From: Eutreptiella sp. 'Long Island Sound 2002'
Lineage: Eukaryota; Protista; Euglenida
DNA: 64,000 bases
Reading direction: 5' to 3'
NCBI GenBank assembly: GCA_964036045.1
Contig: OZ038379.1
Coordinates: forward strand, 66,898,001 to 66,962,000
Below are positions 60,240 through 64,000 of this stretch, piece after piece. The notes under the pieces were generated by a model. The model did not search any database, was not told where the DNA came from, and was given only the letters and a program-made list of their open reading frames with translations. A program made the position numbers and the translations under genes. The first letter of the stretch is position 1. Each line of letters starts with the position of its first letter.

Positions 60240-62880
60240 AAGCATTTGCGACATAATCAAATAACAGGAGGCGATGAGAGCTGAGTAGGAAAGGTAATAG
60301 TGCAAAGTGGGGCAAATTCGCATGAAATTCGTACGAAGTTCACAACCTTGAATTTGTTGCGAATCTTGTTTGGGTTTAGGTGAAATTGCACCGGGTTCGA
60401 CGGAAAAACACCGAATATTTGGAAGCATGCGGCGATTGAAATCCTCCATTTTGGACAAGTTTATTGTACCACCATTTTGGCGAAGATAGCATGAGAAGCA
60501 CACCCGATGGCACCAAGTTAGGCGCAAAACACAGCAACGAGTTGCCAAATTCGCGCCTCCGGGAATCCCCCATTCAAACGGCCGCTTCATGAAGGGTGCA
60601 CGGGGGCAAGTGGCTACGGCGGAGGGGCTTGTTTGGTTCTTGTGGCAGGGAATAGGCCCCAACACGCCATGTGACAGCGTTCTACCGCACGCGGGGTGTA
60701 CATTGCAATCGCATGCGCGTGTCTAGGCCCACTACACCCTGGTCCGTCTAGCAGCAGCGACCACGGACCCCATTTTAGGATGCCCTTGGAGCCAGCAAGC
60801 CACATGCGGGCAGCCAAGAGGGTGACAGCAGCAAGGCAACAAGCAGATAGGGCACAAGGATTCAAGACTAGTGAGGCCCGCTATGATGCGAGGCACTGTT
60901 CCGTTCACGTGCACTCTGGTATCCATTCTTGTGAACCATTTTCGTACGAAATTCTAGCGAAAGTCGCAAGAAATTCACATCCATAGCAGGTTCAAATTGG
61001 TGCTGGCATACGGCTATGAATGTGCATTTTGTGCGAATTTCGCGCGAATTTAATAAACATTCTTTGTGCCATGGAACCATGATTCCGGGGGGATTCGATG
61101 AACAGTGCTCGTGCATTGCACACATCCAACTGTTTGCCACAGTGACCCGTACTACATTCTGCTTTGTTGAGCCTGTGCACAATGCCAGGCGGCACTTCAA
61201 GCAAGGCCTTTGGTCCCTTGCACACCGTTTGTTCTTGAACCCACATCCACCGTAGACTGAAATTACTCAAGGAGGTAGTTGGGAAGAATTTGGGACCCCC
61301 TTACAAATGCCAACTTGTCCCGGAGACGGGGCAACTAGTGCTAACCCCCGAGAAGGAGAGCACGTCGCCTCGTTCAGCCACGGAACTGACCATTGTGGGA
61401 CAAGACCGTCTGCGCGGTATGGTGCTTCCATTCACTCCACCTATTGCTCACGGAGGCCAGTACCATACACCGCAGCTAGGAACGGGCGTAACGTTGCCTG
61501 ACGTTTCCGAGACCCTACGGCAGTTAGCTCAACCACCCGCTCGAACCCTCGAAGCGGTAGACAAGAACAACACTGTCATCTACGGTGCAACATTCCGCTT
61601 GCTCGCACGGGTGAGGCACTTGTACGAGTGCCGCCCGGTGCCCCCCCCTAGATGCATAGCAGATTGGACCCCCCTAGTACCGTTGGCTTCCCATAGCCAT
61701 TAACGGCACCAACTGACACGAGGTTGGCTACGTGCATTGCACAATAAGGGGTACCACTAGTCCCGACGAGGTGGCAAGTTGGTTGGTAATGGGAGGCTAC
61801 GAGTAGTGGAGCACAATCTATGTGGTGGCGCAAGAGGTGGATCTCGACTAGTAGCTCGTTGACGAAAGCAAGGTCACCACTGTAGACGCTGCAGGGGCAA
61901 CACAACAACCTCTCTTTTTCCTTTGCGCCGATCAAAAGGCACAAATTTTACTAAGTTGGTGCAAGAATTCGAAGGCCGAAATGCCACACACAATTGCGTG
62001 TGGTGTATATGGTTCTAATAGGCCGGATGCTTGGCCGATTTTGGCAGCAAGCAAACAATAGAAATGATGTGGGATGCCAACCTCCCCATCATTGCTGTTT
62101 ACCGGCACATCTTGCCCGCACGCTGCATCCCCGACTACGGGTTGCACGGTGTTATGCGGGTTTGTGTATGTGGTATACATGGTATGAGGGACTCTGCAGT
62201 GGCTGCCACTTGCAAGTCGCGAGCCGTGGTGGCGCGCACCCTCCTCCAACCTATACTAAATGTCACCCGGCCGGCGGCGAAAACATGTACGCGAGGGATT
62301 GTACATTCTAAGGGGGCCAATGAAAACGGGAAGTTCCGACTTGAGTGTGCTGTACCATTGCACCTCATGCGTAACAAGGGGTGGGAAACCCTAGTAGATG
62401 AGTGTGTACATAAGGGGGGAGTCAAAGGGGGACGTGTTGCAGGACAACTCCGGGTTGACGTGTGCGTTAAATGGTGGACCCTTTTTAGTGCCATTTGCGT
62501 GTTTGCATGGCAGACACGGTGGTTAACTAGGGGTGACCTAAAGGGGTTGAGGGTCTATAGTATTGCAATGGGTGAGGCCCGTCTACAGTTGGAGTGGGGG
62601 AAACTTTTTTGTTTCACTTGTGGATAGACCACATGTATTTTTTTGCTTGCTTGTGGCGAATCCTCTCCAAATTTACATAGTTTGCAATGGAGGGGAGCCA
62701 CGGCGACTGAAGCGCATGTTGCGCATTAGTGGGGGCCTAAGCCTCTTGCGGGGCAGGTTGGTTGTGGACATCACACCATTGATGACAGTCTCCGCCGCGG
62801 GCATTGGGGTCCTACCAAGCGGAGCATGCGCGGCCAATGGCCCATAAGTGTGCGACTCCTTGCCACTGGAATACACCGAC
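60240..62880 (+). pseudogene. CMC/Chapaev/Transib-like DDE transposase pseudogene
   Basis: CIADWTP (candidate first D, ~61655-61675); FFLCADQKAQILL (second D, 61915-61955); HNCVWC; IPDYGLHGVMRV; KWWTLFSAIC; RILSKF.*FAMEGSH...RRLKRMLRISGGLSLLRGR (third E, 62681-62701). Possible phase-0 intron 60294-60379 (AAG|GTAATAG...TTTAG|GTG). Confidence 0.8.
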
Positions 62881-63344
62881 TAGTACTCAGTGACCTAGGC
62901 TACATTGAGACTTTGCAGCAACAATTCTGGGTCTGCAAGAGGCGGCGATGACACAAGAGCTGAATCAGGAAATGATATCTCTGGTTTGGCATACCATGTT
63001 GTCTTGTGTGTTGTCATGTGGGAGTTTGCTGAACCGAATGTCAACTTCGTGTGAATTGGGCACAAATTTGTCACGCAATTCGCACAAAATTCACATTAAG
63101 TTCGCTTTCACAAGTGAACAGGGAAGATGCAGGTTGGGCCCATGTGAATAGAAGAAAAATGGGGAGATCCATCATCCTTGTTTGTGGTACCGTAGGAAAT
63201 ATTTTTCTAGAATTTTTGGGCACATAGCTACCTTGTAAGACGGGTGTGAAGGGGGACTTTATGGCAAAACATGGCCACATTCACACTAGGTTGAATGCCC
63301 ATTCAAAAAGAATGGCATCTCCCATTCAGAAAGGGTACGTAGCC

Positions 63345-63800
63345 CTTCCACAATGGAATGTGGTGATTCATTCAAGGTTCTACACACTTAAAATGATTAA
63401 CGTCGCCCTTGTACAATAGAGTAGACCCCGTGCCGGGATTCATTGAAGGGTATAGACCCTTAAAATACCTAATGCAACCCTTGTTTATTGGAGTAGACCG
63501 CCTGTGTTGATTCATTGAACGGCGGAGATGCTTCAAGGAATCAATGCAGCCTTTGTACAAAGGAGTAGACCCCGTATATTGATTCATTGAAGGGTCTACA
63601 CCATTTAGACAATCAGCGTGGCCTGCGGCGGTGATTTATTAAAGAGTCTAGACCCTTCAAAAAGCCAACGCACCCCTTGCGCAAGGGAGTAGACCCTTTG
63701 GTGCTTCGTTGAGGAGTGTGGACCCATCACATAATCACTAGCCCTTCTAGAGGAAACTAGACCCCTTGCGTTGATTCATTGAAGGGTGTAGACACCACGG
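63345..63800 (-). repeat. Array 5 of the 72-bp palindromic unit (~6 copies, minus orientation)
   Basis: GAGTAGACCC and TTGATTCATTGAAGGGTCTA recur at ~72-bp spacing. Confidence 0.85.
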
Positions 63801-64000
63801 GGGGGGCGTCGGGCTGGGTCCTTGTATGTGACACCCCCCCCCCCCCGCCCCCCGCCCCCCTCCCCACGGTTTTGAAAGACATTGGTGCCGGATCGGCCAC
63901 CAACAAGTGTCCCTAGAGAATAAAGCTGTCCGGCGCCGAAGGCACCAATGTTTTTTTCCATACTATATGTTTATACTCAAAATACTCAAATTTTTGTAGA

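Larger units (their letters stand above)
57270..63340. mobile_element. Probable two-gene CMC-like DNA transposon: accessory gene(s) on minus, transposase on plus, divergent; left terminus unresolved
   Basis: CGAAATTCG/CGAATTTCG motif clusters at 57275-57420, 58520-58660, 60310-60370, 60940-61050 and 63040-63110. The right-end sequence is shared with the 29850-31000 copy up to AAAGGGTAC (63338). Confidence 0.6.

Noticed and set aside
63800-64000. Poly-C/GCGCCGAAGGC MITE-like start, and similar G/C-run blocks at 11575-12170 and 13760-14260
   Set aside because: Probably common short repeats, but termini and TSDs cannot be established within the window.

Overview
Repeat-saturated, GC-moderate eukaryotic genomic DNA with GT-AG introns and no intact host gene that I can support. 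The host cannot be determined from the window; the repeat style is reminiscent of euglenoid algae (unverified impression). The window is a nest of decayed DNA transposons and satellites. (1) A ~5-kb decayed unknown ORF (0.8-5.7 kb) is joined to a near-identical 2333-bp higher-order tandem repeat (5.9-11.4 kb). (2) A full-length 5316-bp TIR element (14986-20301; CCCT...AGGG ends, 2-bp TSD) encodes a CMC/Chapaev/Transib-type DDE transposase and a second gene. Its three introns each hold hairpin clusters of the element's own CTAGAAC end motif. A 2318-bp non-coding foldback relative (46060-48377) is inserted into a tandem repeat. (3) Five arrays of a 72-bp palindromic unit translate to a 24-aa repeat close to the plant-type LRR consensus. 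(4) A second CMC-like family (57.3-63.3 kb, plus fragments at 28.6-31.0 kb) has a PhyH-like Fe(II)/2-oxoglutarate dioxygenase-like gene beside its transposase; that cassette is also tandemly repeated at 42.2-48.5 kb. (5) A ZNF862-like hAT transposase pseudogene ends in a SAP domain (54.1-56.7 kb). There are also several tRNA-derived heads, including a convergent tRNA-Cys-like pair inside a 245-bp hairpin. All protein assignments are by-eye motif matches, not database hits.
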